Source of the DNA: Candidatus Latescibacterota bacterium
GTDB lineage: Bacteria > Latescibacterota > UBA2968 > UBA8231
Direction of reading: 5' to 3'
Assembly: GCA_965217585.1 (NCBI GenBank)
Contig: OZ244561.1
Location: 2,464,001 to 2,528,000 of the forward strand
Length of the DNA: 64,000 bases
The notes under the pieces were generated by a model. The model saw only the letters and a program-made list of their open reading frames with translations, ran no database searches and had not been told where the DNA came from. Shown here one piece after another: positions 19,275 to 28,444 of the stretch; position 1 is the stretch's first letter; each line of letters opens with the position of its first letter. A program made the translations under genes and the position numbers.

Positions 19275-20801
19275 GTGCCCATGACGACTGCATCGGCCCG
19301 GCCAGCGTTTGACGACGCCCTCCGGCACTACGCCGCAACACTCGGCTTCCCGTCCCTTTCGAGCTATATCATCTGGTGCCGCAAAAACGGCCTAGCGCTC
19401 CAGCGCGACAAAACCGAGAACCAGCTTGCAATCGAGCGTCAACTCGCCGCCGACACCTTGCGACCGGTCGCGCCGCACCCCGGCCGCAGCCACACCCCGG
19501 GACGCGCCCGCCTCATCAACCGGGCCTTCCGCGGCGAAATCCCTCCGGATGAAAGGTATCCGCTCAGCCGTAAGCTCATCGCGCTCGTCGCCGCGGCCGA
19601 AGACCCCAAGCGCCGTCAAGCTCTCTACCGCCTGCTCAAGCACATAGAGCGACGCGCCGACCTCCTCGGCCTCAAAACGGGATTCCTCAACCGGCCGCGC
19701 GAAGAGGGCAACAACTACGAGGACGCCCTCGGTCAACTCGCCCGCCACTACGGCGACTGGCTCCGGCCCGTCGAGGAGTGGCGCACCGACCTCCTCAGCC
19801 CTCGGGCGCAGTTCCGCAGCCTCACGCGGCATCTGCTGTCCCGCTACGAGGTGCCGCCTTTTATGGACACCGCCTTCCTCCAAGGAGACCTTCCGACGGC
19901 GCACCGCGAGCAGGAGTGGTTCAAGCACATCGGCATCGGCCAGAACATCCGCAAGGCCGACCTACCGCTGCGGCTGACCAAGCGCATGGCGCACCTTTTT
20001 CCCACCGCCAATCGGCACTGGCCGGTCTCGCGCGCCCTGCGCTGGGCGCAATTCGCCGGCATGGATGGACGCACCTGTCGGGCCGTTTTATCCACGCGGC
20101 TGAAGGACTACCAGCGAGACGAGCCGTTCTGGGAGACAGTGATGCTCTTTTTTGCCAACCAACCCATGCTGGAGCCCACCTACATCGGCCCGATTGTCGA
20201 TTACATCCACTACCAGAAATTCGTGCCCCAGCAATTGCCTGGCCCCAATGGCCAGTTCATTGAGGGGCCGCCGGCTCAGCCCAACTTCTCGATGAAAGGC
20301 CGCAGCATCACCAAGCTGCTGCGTTTGGTTGATGAGTGGCACGGCGATCTCAACGCCGACGACTACGCCCTCGGCGAGGAAGATGCGTGGGAGGCGTCTG
20401 GCTTTCGCGGACTCGAGTGGGAGGAAGAAGACGCATTCTCGGGCGAGCGCGTGCGGTGGTCAATACGCGAGTTGTGCACCGCACTCGACCTGCTAGCCGA
20501 AGGGCGCGTCATGCACCACTGCGCCGCCTCGTATGCCCAGCGCTGCTCGGAGGGCGAGCGGTCCGTGTGGTCGATGCAGATGACCTACCCGGCCAAGCTG
20601 CCGCAGCGCATTCTGACCATTGCCCTCGACAACCACAAGAAGACCGTCGTCGATTATCGAGGGAAGTACAACATGCACCCTCACGACAACAAGCGCACCG
20701 CCAAAAAGCATTGGCAGGACCGGCCCTATCTCTATTATCTGCGGCAATCACCGCGCATCTTGCGCTTGTGGATGGAGCGCGAGGATCTGCGGCACGACTA
20801 G
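19275..20801 (+). CDS. PcfJ-like domain protein
   Basis: C-terminal IRELCTALDLLAEGRVMHHCAASY and FSMKGRS..LLRLVDEWH segments typical of PcfJ-domain proteins. Confidence 0.7.
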   Translation: MPMTTASARPAFDDALRHYAATLGFPSLSSYIIWCRKNGLALQRDKTENQLAIERQLAADTLRPVAPHPGRSHTPGRARLINRAFRGEIPPDERYPLSRKLIALVAAAEDPKRRQALYRLLKHIERRADLLGLKTGFLNRPREEGNNYEDALGQLARHYGDWLRPVEEWRTDLLSPRAQFRSLTRHLLSRYEVPPFMDTAFLQGDLPTAHREQEWFKHIGIGQNIRKADLPLRLTKRMAHLFPTANRHWPVSRALRWAQFAGMDGRTCRAVLSTRLKDYQRDEPFWETVMLFFANQPMLEPTYIGPIVDYIHYQKFVPQQLPGPNGQFIEGPPAQPNFSMKGRSITKLLRLVDEWHGDLNADDYALGEEDAWEASGFRGLEWEEEDAFSGERVRWSIRELCTALDLLAEGRVMHHCAASYAQRCSEGERSVWSMQMTYPAKLPQRILTIALDNHKKTVVDYRGKYNMHPHDNKRTAKKHWQDRPYLYYLRQSPRILRLWMEREDLRHD

Positions 20802-20960
20802 CGAGGCGGTATGCGCAGGTGATCGCAGCACCTTTTTGTCTGACGAGCTCGCTGTTGTGTAGCTGCTTTCTGCATCTAATGGCAGACAATGTGATCCCCG
20901 CCCTATACAGCCGACTCTCCCCTTGATAGCTGCCCATCAGGCCCTATCTTGTTTGTCGCC

Positions 20961-22004
20961 ATGACTACAACCTTTCGCATCGGTGTCACCCGCGACTTTC
21001 TCAAGGCCGACGGCACCCTCGGCTTCGGCGATATTGGTCTCGACCTGCTCGACGAAGCCCCAAAGGTCGAGTGGGAATTCCTCGCGGAAAACACCACCGA
21101 GCTGCGCCCCGACCAGATTCGCGACTACGACGGCCTGCTAGTTCTCGCCTCAATAGTCAGCGCTGAGACCTTGCAGGGAGCAGACAAGCTGGCGATCGTC
21201 GCCCGCTTCGGCGTCGGCTACGACAGTATTGACGTGGCAGCTTGCAACGAGCAGGGCGTGCTCCTGACGATTACCCCCGACGGCGTGCGCCGGCCAGTGG
21301 CGGTCATGGCCCTGACGTATCTCTTGGCCCTCAGCCACAAGATGCTGGCCAAGGATCGCTTGGTGCGCGAGGGCCGCTGGCATGAGCGCCTCGACTACAT
21401 AGGCATGGGCGTCACGGACCGCACGCTGGGGCTGGTCGGCCTAGGCAATATCGGCCGCGAGATCTGCACCCTAGCCACGCCCTTCGGCATTCGCTGCATT
21501 GCCGCCGATCCTTTCGTCGATGCGGCACAGGCGCGCGCAGCTGGTACCGAACTAGTCGAACTCGACCAATTGCTGCAACGCGCAGACTACGTCTGTATCT
21601 GCTGTGCCCTAACGGAGGAGACCCATCACCTCATCGGCGAGCGCGAGCTCTCACTGATGAAGGAAAGCGCCTACCTCATCAACACGGCCCGCGGCCCCAT
21701 CGTCAATCAGCAGGCCCTCACCCATGCCCTGCAACAGGGGCAGATCGCCGGTGCCGGCCTCGATGTCTTTGAAACAGAGCCTGTACCCCAGGACGAGCCG
21801 GTGCTGGCATTCACCGACCAGACCATCGTCGCCCCGCACGGGCTTTGCTGGACCGACGAGTGCTTCCGCCTCATCGGCCGCAGCGCCTGCCGCAGCCTCA
21901 TCGAAGTGGCCTCCGGTCGCCTGCCCCAGCACCTCGTCAACCCCCAAGCTGCCGACCACCCCTGTCTGAAAGAAAAACTGAACCGCTATCGAGCTATCGG
22001 ATGA
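20961..22004 (+). CDS. D-isomer-specific 2-hydroxyacid dehydrogenase
   Basis: RFGVGYD, GLVGLGNIG, LINTARG, GLDVFETEP, APH. Confidence 0.92.
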   Translation: MTTTFRIGVTRDFLKADGTLGFGDIGLDLLDEAPKVEWEFLAENTTELRPDQIRDYDGLLVLASIVSAETLQGADKLAIVARFGVGYDSIDVAACNEQGVLLTITPDGVRRPVAVMALTYLLALSHKMLAKDRLVREGRWHERLDYIGMGVTDRTLGLVGLGNIGREICTLATPFGIRCIAADPFVDAAQARAAGTELVELDQLLQRADYVCICCALTEETHHLIGERELSLMKESAYLINTARGPIVNQQALTHALQQGQIAGAGLDVFETEPVPQDEPVLAFTDQTIVAPHGLCWTDECFRLIGRSACRSLIEVASGRLPQHLVNPQAADHPCLKEKLNRYRAIG

Positions 22005-22783
22005 AACCCAACAAAGTCAAACGCACCCTCAAAGAAGGCGGCACGGCCATCGGCACCATGACCTTCGAGTTTTGCACTCCGGGCATTGCCCGTCTCTCTG
22101 CCGAGGCTGGTGCCGAATTCATTATGTACGACATGGAGCACACCGGCTGGAGTGTCGAGACGGTGCGCGACCTGATCGCCACCACCAACGCCGACCACAT
22201 CGAGCCGTTTGTGCGAGTGCCGGCGACCCAATACCACTTCATCGCTCGCGTCCTCGACGTGGGGGCTCGAGGCGTCATGGTGCCGATGGTTAGCGATGCG
22301 CAGCAGACCGAGGTCATCGTGCAGTCGGGCAAGTACCCGCCCATTGGCCAGCGCGGCGCAGCCTTCCAAATCGCCCACGACCACTTCGCCGAAGGCTCCA
22401 TCGTTGGCAAGATCGACCACGCCAACACCGAGGGCCTGCTAATCGCTCAGATCGAAAACCGCCCCGGACTCGAAAACGTCGACCGCATCGCCGCCGTGGA
22501 GGGGATTGATGTGCTGTGGATAGGGGGTTTTGACTTGAGCAACTTCTTGGGGATTCCCGGGCAGTTTGACCATCCCGAATTCACCGCCGCCCTTGACCGC
22601 GTCGTCGATGCCTGCGAGCGCCACGGCAAGGCCGCTGGCTACTTGGTCAATACCATCGAGGAGGGAACGGAGATGCTGCGCCGAGGCTTCCGCTGCATAG
22701 CGTATGGCGGCGACTTGTGGCTCTACCGCCGCGCCTTGGCCGAAGGCATCGAAGGGCTGCGGACGAGCGTCTGGCGGCGGTAA
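22001..22783 (+). CDS. HpcH/HpaI class II aldolase
   Basis: DMEH, VRVP, LDVGARGVMVPMV, YPPIGQRG, QIE; ATGA overlap. Confidence 0.9.
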   Translation: MKPNKVKRTLKEGGTAIGTMTFEFCTPGIARLSAEAGAEFIMYDMEHTGWSVETVRDLIATTNADHIEPFVRVPATQYHFIARVLDVGARGVMVPMVSDAQQTEVIVQSGKYPPIGQRGAAFQIAHDHFAEGSIVGKIDHANTEGLLIAQIENRPGLENVDRIAAVEGIDVLWIGGFDLSNFLGIPGQFDHPEFTAALDRVVDACERHGKAAGYLVNTIEEGTEMLRRGFRCIAYGGDLWLYRRALAEGIEGLRTSVWRR

Positions 22784-22854
22784 GTGGTCTGTCAATCAAA
22801 TTCATTTCTTAATGCCCTAGACTTCTGTTTGTCTTGCTTCCGCAAGGTGAAGAT

Positions 22855-22881
22855 GTCATTCCCGCGAAAGCGGGAATCCAG
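22855..22881. repeat. REP-like palindrome (ATTCCCGCGAAAGCGGGAAT, dRS3-like)
   Basis: GTCATTCCCGC-GAAA-GCGGGAATCCAG hairpin in a convergent intergenic gap. Confidence 0.75.
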
Positions 22882-22898
22882 CCTACACTAAGAAGCCA

Positions 22899-22920
22899 CA
22901 TCTGCGCCCATCTGCGGATA
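22899..22920 (+). repeat. 10-bp CATCTGCG(N2) short tandem repeat, copy 1
   Basis: CATCTGCGCC CATCTGCGGATA; same family at 35989 and 43395. Confidence 0.7.
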
Positions 22921-22965
22921 CATTGCCGCCGGGCAGGGCGGGCGTCCACCAGCAGCGGCGCTGAC

Positions 22966-23754
22966 CTATTCGCCCTCCAGCGCCCGCCGCATCGCCTCGC
23001 CTTGGTCGCGCCAATACCCGTATAGCACCGCTATATCCGTGCCGACGCAGAAGTGCCGCACCCCCATGTCGAGATAGCGCTTGGCGTCGTCGGCTGTGTT
23101 GATCTCGGCGCGCGGATGGACGCCCATCTCCAAGGCCGTCTTAAAGACCTTCTCTTCGGCTGCGGCAATTTCTGGCGCGCCGCGCTGGCCGGCCTTGCCG
23201 ACGCTCATAGAGTAATCGGCCCCTCCCCATTGGACCATCTCGACCCCTTTTACCGAGAGCATGGCCTCTAGATCGGCGACGGCACTTTCCTTTTCGATCA
23301 TCAAAACCACGACCACGTCGCGCAGAGCTTGGACGTATTCTGGGGTGCCGCCATAGGCCATATAGGCGATGCGCCGCATGGCTACCCCATAGGTGCCTTC
23401 GTCCCCGGGCGCGTCGGCGCGCACGCAGCGCACACAGGCCCGTGCGTCGTCCGGATCGCGCACATCGGCAAAGAGCACGCTGCCGAAGCCCGACCCTATG
23501 GCTCGTTGGGCCACATAAGCGCGGTTCTCGGCATCGACCTTGATCATCGTTCCCAAATCCCATAGCTCGGCGGCTCGGGCGAGGTTGTCCAAGTCGTGCA
23601 GATCAAAGGGGCCATACTCGGCGACAAATTCCACATAGTCGTACGCGCCCGTATGCCCTAGGGCTTCGACGATCGAAGGCCAAGTGGTGTGGATGTGGGT
23701 GCCTAGCGTAGGTTCGCCGGCGTTGAGTTTTTCGCGCAGCTTGTTCGGTCTCAT
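22966..23754 (-). CDS. HpcH/HpaI class II aldolase
   Basis: MRPNKLREKL, EFVAEYGP, LMIEKESAV, QWGGADYSMS. Confidence 0.85.
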   Translation of the reverse strand: MRPNKLREKLNAGEPTLGTHIHTTWPSIVEALGHTGAYDYVEFVAEYGPFDLHDLDNLARAAELWDLGTMIKVDAENRAYVAQRAIGSGFGSVLFADVRDPDDARACVRCVRADAPGDEGTYGVAMRRIAYMAYGGTPEYVQALRDVVVVLMIEKESAVADLEAMLSVKGVEMVQWGGADYSMSVGKAGQRGAPEIAAAEEKVFKTALEMGVHPRAEINTADDAKRYLDMGVRHFCVGTDIAVLYGYWRDQGEAMRRALEGE

Positions 23755-23766
23755 CGTTTTTCTCCT

Positions 23767-24738
23767 TTAAAACTGAACTTCGTCGCGGTCGGTAGCTGGC
23801 GGCGGTGCGATCGAAAGCGCCGACACTTCGGCGCGCATCTCGTCCGACATGACAAAGTCGAGCGCGGCGAGCGACGGCTTTAGCTGGTCTAGGTCGCGCC
23901 CGCCGACGATCGGCGCGGTCACGTCTCGATGCCCCATTACCCAGGCGACGGCCAAGGTCGCCGGATGCACGCCCTGGTCGCCGGCATAGCGCACGAAGCG
24001 CTCAGCGATCTCGTAGAACACGGGATTGGCGTAGCGCTTGATGTAGTTGTCCTGCTGCAAAAGCCGACCCCGCTCGGGCCGCTTGTCGATCCCGTACTTG
24101 CCGGTCAGTAAGCCGCCTCCTAAGGGGCTATAGGTAATCACGCCCAAGCCCTCTGAGCGGGCCAGCGGCAGGATTTCTACCTCCACTTGCCGTTTGGCCA
24201 AGCTGTACATGGGCTGAATGCAGGCAAAGGGCGCCAGCCCCTCGCGGGCGCAATGGCCGAGGGCTTTGGCAATTTGCCAAGCGGCCCAGTTGCTCACGGC
24301 CGGATAGAGGATTTTGCCGCCGCGCACCAAGTCGTCGAGCGCGGCGAGGGTCTCTTCCATCGGCGTATCTTCGTCGAAGTTGTGGACGAAGTAGAAGTCG
24401 AGGCGGTCCGTCTGCAATCGCCTGAGACTGGCCTCTACGGCCTGCACAATATGCCGCCGCGACAAGCCCCGGTCGTTGGGGCCGTCGCCCATCGCGCCGC
24501 AGACTTTCGAGGTGATGACCAACTCGTCGCGCTCGCCTTGGATCAACCGGCCCAGTATCTCCTCGGAACTCCCGTTGGAATAGACATTGGCCGTGTCGAA
24601 GAAATTGATCCCCAACTCGCGGCAGTAGCGATACATCTGCCCGGAGGTCGCCTCGTCCGCATCGCCGCCAAAGGCCATAGTACCATAGCACAGGGAAGAC
24701 ACTTTGACGCCTGTGCGGCCTAGGGTATTGTACTGCAT
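23767..24738 (-). CDS. Aldo/keto reductase
   Basis: LGRTGVKVS, FDTANVY, SLRRLQTDRLD, YSPLGGGLLTGKY. Confidence 0.93.
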   Translation of the reverse strand: MQYNTLGRTGVKVSSLCYGTMAFGGDADEATSGQMYRYCRELGINFFDTANVYSNGSSEEILGRLIQGERDELVITSKVCGAMGDGPNDRGLSRRHIVQAVEASLRRLQTDRLDFYFVHNFDEDTPMEETLAALDDLVRGGKILYPAVSNWAAWQIAKALGHCAREGLAPFACIQPMYSLAKRQVEVEILPLARSEGLGVITYSPLGGGLLTGKYGIDKRPERGRLLQQDNYIKRYANPVFYEIAERFVRYAGDQGVHPATLAVAWVMGHRDVTAPIVGGRDLDQLKPSLAALDFVMSDEMRAEVSALSIAPPPATDRDEVQF

Positions 24739-24893
24739 CTTCTATTTTCTCCTTTAGTAGAATTCCGTGCGGCAGGGCAAGCTAAGGAAGAGGGGAGTTA
24801 CTATCAAGAGGCGTCATTGGCCGCGCCGCACCGCCTTTCTATATTAAGCGCTGCGCTGTACACACCCCGCATCACAGGAGTGATTCACCCCCA

Positions 24894-25178
24894 ATGGACG
24901 CACCCCGCCAACGCCTGCTCTACTTGCAGGCGCGCACCCCTAGCGTCATGTCCAACATCATCGGCCTAACGCTCATCGAGCCGGTCGCGGGCTTTGCGCC
25001 CGAAATCCACGCCGAATCAGCACCCGATTGGCCCTACGAAACCGTACACGACGCCGTAGTTGACGGCTGGCAAATCGTCCAATTTCCTCACCTCCAGGCC
25101 CCGTTCGACGACAGGGAGTTGGACGTAATTGGCTATGAATTCATCCTACAGAAAATGGAGGTTATCGCCGATGAATGA
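24894..25178 (+). CDS. Small hypothetical protein overlapping the downstream PhyH start
   Basis: 94 aa, AGGAG RBS, 8-nt overlap with PhyH ATG 25171. Confidence 0.7.
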   Translation: MDAPRQRLLYLQARTPSVMSNIIGLTLIEPVAGFAPEIHAESAPDWPYETVHDAVVDGWQIVQFPHLQAPFDDRELDVIGYEFILQKMEVIADE

Positions 25179-25950
25179 GCATCTGCTCAGCGACGCCGAA
25201 GTGGCCCGTTTCCTCGTCTCCGGCTACCACCTCGTCGAGCCTGAATTGCCCGCCGGGCTCAACGAGTCCATCGCCGCCCAGCTCGACGTTTTGAACCACA
25301 ACCCCGGCGACGCCATCACCGAAACCGTGCCCCAACTCTGGCAAGTACTCGACCATCCGGCCGTCACAGGCGCGCTCGTCAGCCTGCTCGGCCCGGACTA
25401 CGAAGTGCAGTCGCATCGCCACTGGCACTGCAAGCAGCCGAACTCCCCGCACATGAACTGGCACCAAGACGGTCTCAACAACCGCGATGTGCTGCTCAAC
25501 CGCTTCCTAGGGCTGTATTACCCGACCGACGTCACTCCCGATATGGGGCCGACGATCATCGTCCCCGGCACCCAGTTCCGCAACGCGCCGACGGATCGCA
25601 TGGCCACGTACTCCAACATTCGCGGCCAAGTGCCGCTCGTGGTCAAGGCCGGTACCGTAGCCTTCACGCACTACGATCTCTGGCACGGCACAGCCGCCAA
25701 CCGCTCGCCGCACAAGCGCCACATGATCAAGGTTCTTTTCCGCCGCACTCAGGACAACACAGCACCCACTTGGAATCACGACCCAGAGGCGGCTGACAAA
25801 CCTGCCGACTGGAACGAGCGCGACCGGGCCGAGGACGCCACCAACATCCTCAACTTCACCAATCCGCTAGGCGTCTCCCAGAGCGACCACTACAAGGAGC
25901 GCGCCATCCGCCGTCAGAACTGGAACTACCTCATGGGTCTGTCGGCCTAA
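25171..25950 (+). CDS. PhyH-family dioxygenase (same clade as the PhyH-HEAT fusions, no HEAT domain)
   Basis: HRHWH, WHQD, DMGPT, AGTVAFTHYDLWHG. Confidence 0.88.
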   Translation: MNEHLLSDAEVARFLVSGYHLVEPELPAGLNESIAAQLDVLNHNPGDAITETVPQLWQVLDHPAVTGALVSLLGPDYEVQSHRHWHCKQPNSPHMNWHQDGLNNRDVLLNRFLGLYYPTDVTPDMGPTIIVPGTQFRNAPTDRMATYSNIRGQVPLVVKAGTVAFTHYDLWHGTAANRSPHKRHMIKVLFRRTQDNTAPTWNHDPEAADKPADWNERDRAEDATNILNFTNPLGVSQSDHYKERAIRRQNWNYLMGLSA

Positions 25951-25978
25951 TCCTAAACCCTAGCAAAGAAAGCATGTT

Positions 25979-26656
25979 ATGACCGTCCAAATCGCCCGCG
26001 TTGAAGAGCGTTTCAAATGTCCCGGACCTCAGCCCAACGGCCTGCAAGCCGCACCCGACGGCCTCTGGTGCATCGACCAAGTTGACCTCAAGATTTATAA
26101 ATTCGACTACGAAAGCGGCGAGACCCTTTTTGAAGCCCAGACCGACACCGCACACTCCAGCGGCATTACCCTCGGCGACGGCTCTATGTGGATCGCCTCG
26201 ACCTTTGAGCTTAAGATCGCCCGCCTCGACCCGGCTACGGGCCAGACCATCGCCAAGCTGGATTCGCCGGGCAATGGCGTCGTCGCTTGGGTCGCCGACC
26301 AGCAAAATGGCCGCGTCACCGGGGCCCACGGCCTCGAGTGGAAGGACGGCAAGGTGTACGTGGCCTCGCCGCCTTCGCAGTTCGTTCACGTGATGGATGC
26401 CAGCACTTGGGAAGAAGTCCATTCCTTCCGCGTCCCCGGCCTTCGGGTTCACGGCCTAGCTTGGGCTGACGACGGCACCCTCTGGGTCGCCGACACCTCA
26501 GCCGGCACCATCAACCGCCTCGATCCCGAAGACGGGCGCATCTGGGAGGTCATCCGCGTCGAAGCTCCCACCGAAGTCCACGGACTGACCATCCACGAGG
26601 GCGTACTCTGGTACTGCGACGCTGCCACGCGCACAATCGGCCAACTGCACCTATAA
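25979..26656 (+). CDS. Beta-propeller protein (glutaminyl cyclase / Vgb-like)
   Basis: About 40-aa repeats PNGL..DGLW, SGIT..DGSMW, HGLEWKDGKVY, HGLAWADDGTLW, HGLTIHEGVLW. Confidence 0.7.
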   Translation: MTVQIARVEERFKCPGPQPNGLQAAPDGLWCIDQVDLKIYKFDYESGETLFEAQTDTAHSSGITLGDGSMWIASTFELKIARLDPATGQTIAKLDSPGNGVVAWVADQQNGRVTGAHGLEWKDGKVYVASPPSQFVHVMDASTWEEVHSFRVPGLRVHGLAWADDGTLWVADTSAGTINRLDPEDGRIWEVIRVEAPTEVHGLTIHEGVLWYCDAATRTIGQLHL

Positions 26657-26671
26657 AAGAAAGGGATTCCA

Positions 26672-27805
26672 TTGAAGATCACCGATGTCAAGACCGCCGA
26701 AGTGCGCATAAAGGCCAACGGCCAACCCCGCTATCTCTACCATTACGTTCGCATCCACACCGACGAGGGCATCTACGGCACCGGCGAGGCCAGCCACGTC
26801 GATGGCGGCTGGCGCGGCTCCACCCAGTCCATGGCCGACCAACTCATCGGCAAGGACCCACGCGATGTCGATGCGCTCTTTGAAGGTATTCGCCGCAGCT
26901 ACATCTTCCGCGGCGGCATGTCGGGTCTGGCGATTTCGGCGCTGACCGGCCTTGAGGTCGCGCTTTGGGACTTGGCTGGCAAGGCCCAAGGCATACCCGT
27001 TTACCGGCTCTTGGGCGGCAAGTTCCGCGACCGGGTGCGCCTCTACGTCGATAGCGCCCATTCGGACTACAAACAGCGCGCCGAGGACGCGCGCGCAAAA
27101 GGTTTCACCGCGATTAAGTTCGATCTCGACGACGCGGGCCATCCCGAAAAGCTCGATCCTTGGAATTGGTCGGTGACCCCTGCTGAGTTGGAGGATCTAG
27201 TCGCCCAAGCGCACCAGATCCGCGAGGCGGTTGGCCCCCACATGGACTTGGCCATTGACCTGCACGGCCGCTACGACGCCACCGCCGGGATGAAGTTCGC
27301 CCACGCGCTCGAGGACCTGAATCTGATGTGGCTCGAAGAGCCGGTGCCGCCCGAGAATATCGACGCCCTCAAGCGCATCACCGACTCGACCCGCACCCCG
27401 ATCTGCGCTGGCGAGAACGCCTATCTGCGCTACGGCTTCCGCGACATGCTCGAACAGCAGGCGGTCGATATCATCATGCCCGACATTTCCAAGTGCGGCG
27501 GCCTCTCCGAGTGCCGCAAGATCGCCAACATGGCCGAGACTTACTACATCCCCTTTGCCCCGCACAACAATTCCAGCGCCTTGAGCACAGTGGCCGACGC
27601 TCACGTCTGCGCCAGTGTGCCCAATTTTCTCGCCTTGGAGTTCCACCGCTACGACGACCCCACCTGGAACGACGTGGTCCTTTCCGACGAGCCGGTGATT
27701 CAGGAAGGGCACGTGGTGCTGAGCGAAAAGCCAGGGCTAGGGGTGGAGTTGAACGAGGCGTTTCTGCAGAGTATGATGGAGGACGGGGAGCCGCTCTGGC
27801 AGTAA
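26672..27805 (+). CDS. Mandelate racemase family acid-sugar dehydratase (galactonate dehydratase-like)
   Basis: TDEGIYGTGE, ALWDLAGK, KFD, DLHG, WLEEP, GEN, APHN. Confidence 0.9.
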   Translation: MKITDVKTAEVRIKANGQPRYLYHYVRIHTDEGIYGTGEASHVDGGWRGSTQSMADQLIGKDPRDVDALFEGIRRSYIFRGGMSGLAISALTGLEVALWDLAGKAQGIPVYRLLGGKFRDRVRLYVDSAHSDYKQRAEDARAKGFTAIKFDLDDAGHPEKLDPWNWSVTPAELEDLVAQAHQIREAVGPHMDLAIDLHGRYDATAGMKFAHALEDLNLMWLEEPVPPENIDALKRITDSTRTPICAGENAYLRYGFRDMLEQQAVDIIMPDISKCGGLSECRKIANMAETYYIPFAPHNNSSALSTVADAHVCASVPNFLALEFHRYDDPTWNDVVLSDEPVIQEGHVVLSEKPGLGVELNEAFLQSMMEDGEPLWQ

Positions 27806-27852
27806 TACCAGTGCAAGAATAAATCTGAGACCGCTATAATAGGATACCCACC

Positions 27853-28251
27853 ATGACCCAACGCAAAGCATACAACCCCGCCTGGCCCTGGACCGAGAAT
27901 TTCCGCATCTCACAGGCCGTGCAGGTGGGCGATACGATCTATGTCTCCGGCCAAGGGCCGCTCGACTCGGAGGGGCACCTCGTCGGCGAAGGCGACATGG
28001 CCGCGCAGTCGCGCCAAGTGTTTGCCAATATCCGCGCCGTGCTCGCCGAGGCCGGCGCGACCATGGACGACGTGGTCAAGATCACCTCGTTTATCACCGA
28101 CACGGGTCGCTACGCCGAATATGCGGCCGCCCGCGCCGAAGCCTTTCCCAACCAAGTCCCCGCCAGCTCTACCGTGACGGTCGCCGATCTAGTCCTGACC
28201 GGAATGCTCGTCGAGGTTGAGGCTATAGCCGTGCCCGGCAGCGGGAGCTAG
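27853..28251 (+). CDS. RidA/YjgF/UK114 family protein
   Basis: SQAV..GDTIYVSGQ, DDVVKIT, PASSTV, LVEVEAIA. Confidence 0.92.
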   Translation: MTQRKAYNPAWPWTENFRISQAVQVGDTIYVSGQGPLDSEGHLVGEGDMAAQSRQVFANIRAVLAEAGATMDDVVKITSFITDTGRYAEYAAARAEAFPNQVPASSTVTVADLVLTGMLVEVEAIAVPGSGS

Positions 28252-28358
28252 TCAGAGATAAACCTCTTCAGAAGAAAATCCTTGACGCCTGCACAAGTCT
28301 TTGCCAAATAGGCTGTCAATTATCCCGTCAGATAAGGGTGAATTTTTGCCCAACTTCC

Positions 28359-28444
28359 TTGTTAAAAGGATATAAATCCATTATATTCTTTATGTTAAGC
28401 ATTTGTCCTATCTGTCAAATTAACTGTCAAATAAGGGGACAAAT
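28359..28444 (+). promoter_or_regulatory. Candidate sigma70 promoter and operator/leader for fic
   Basis: TTGTTA-17 bp-TATATT (28359-28387); direct repeat CTGTCAAAT at 28412 and 28424; inverted repeat ATTTGTCC/GGACAAAT (28401/28437). Confidence 0.5.
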
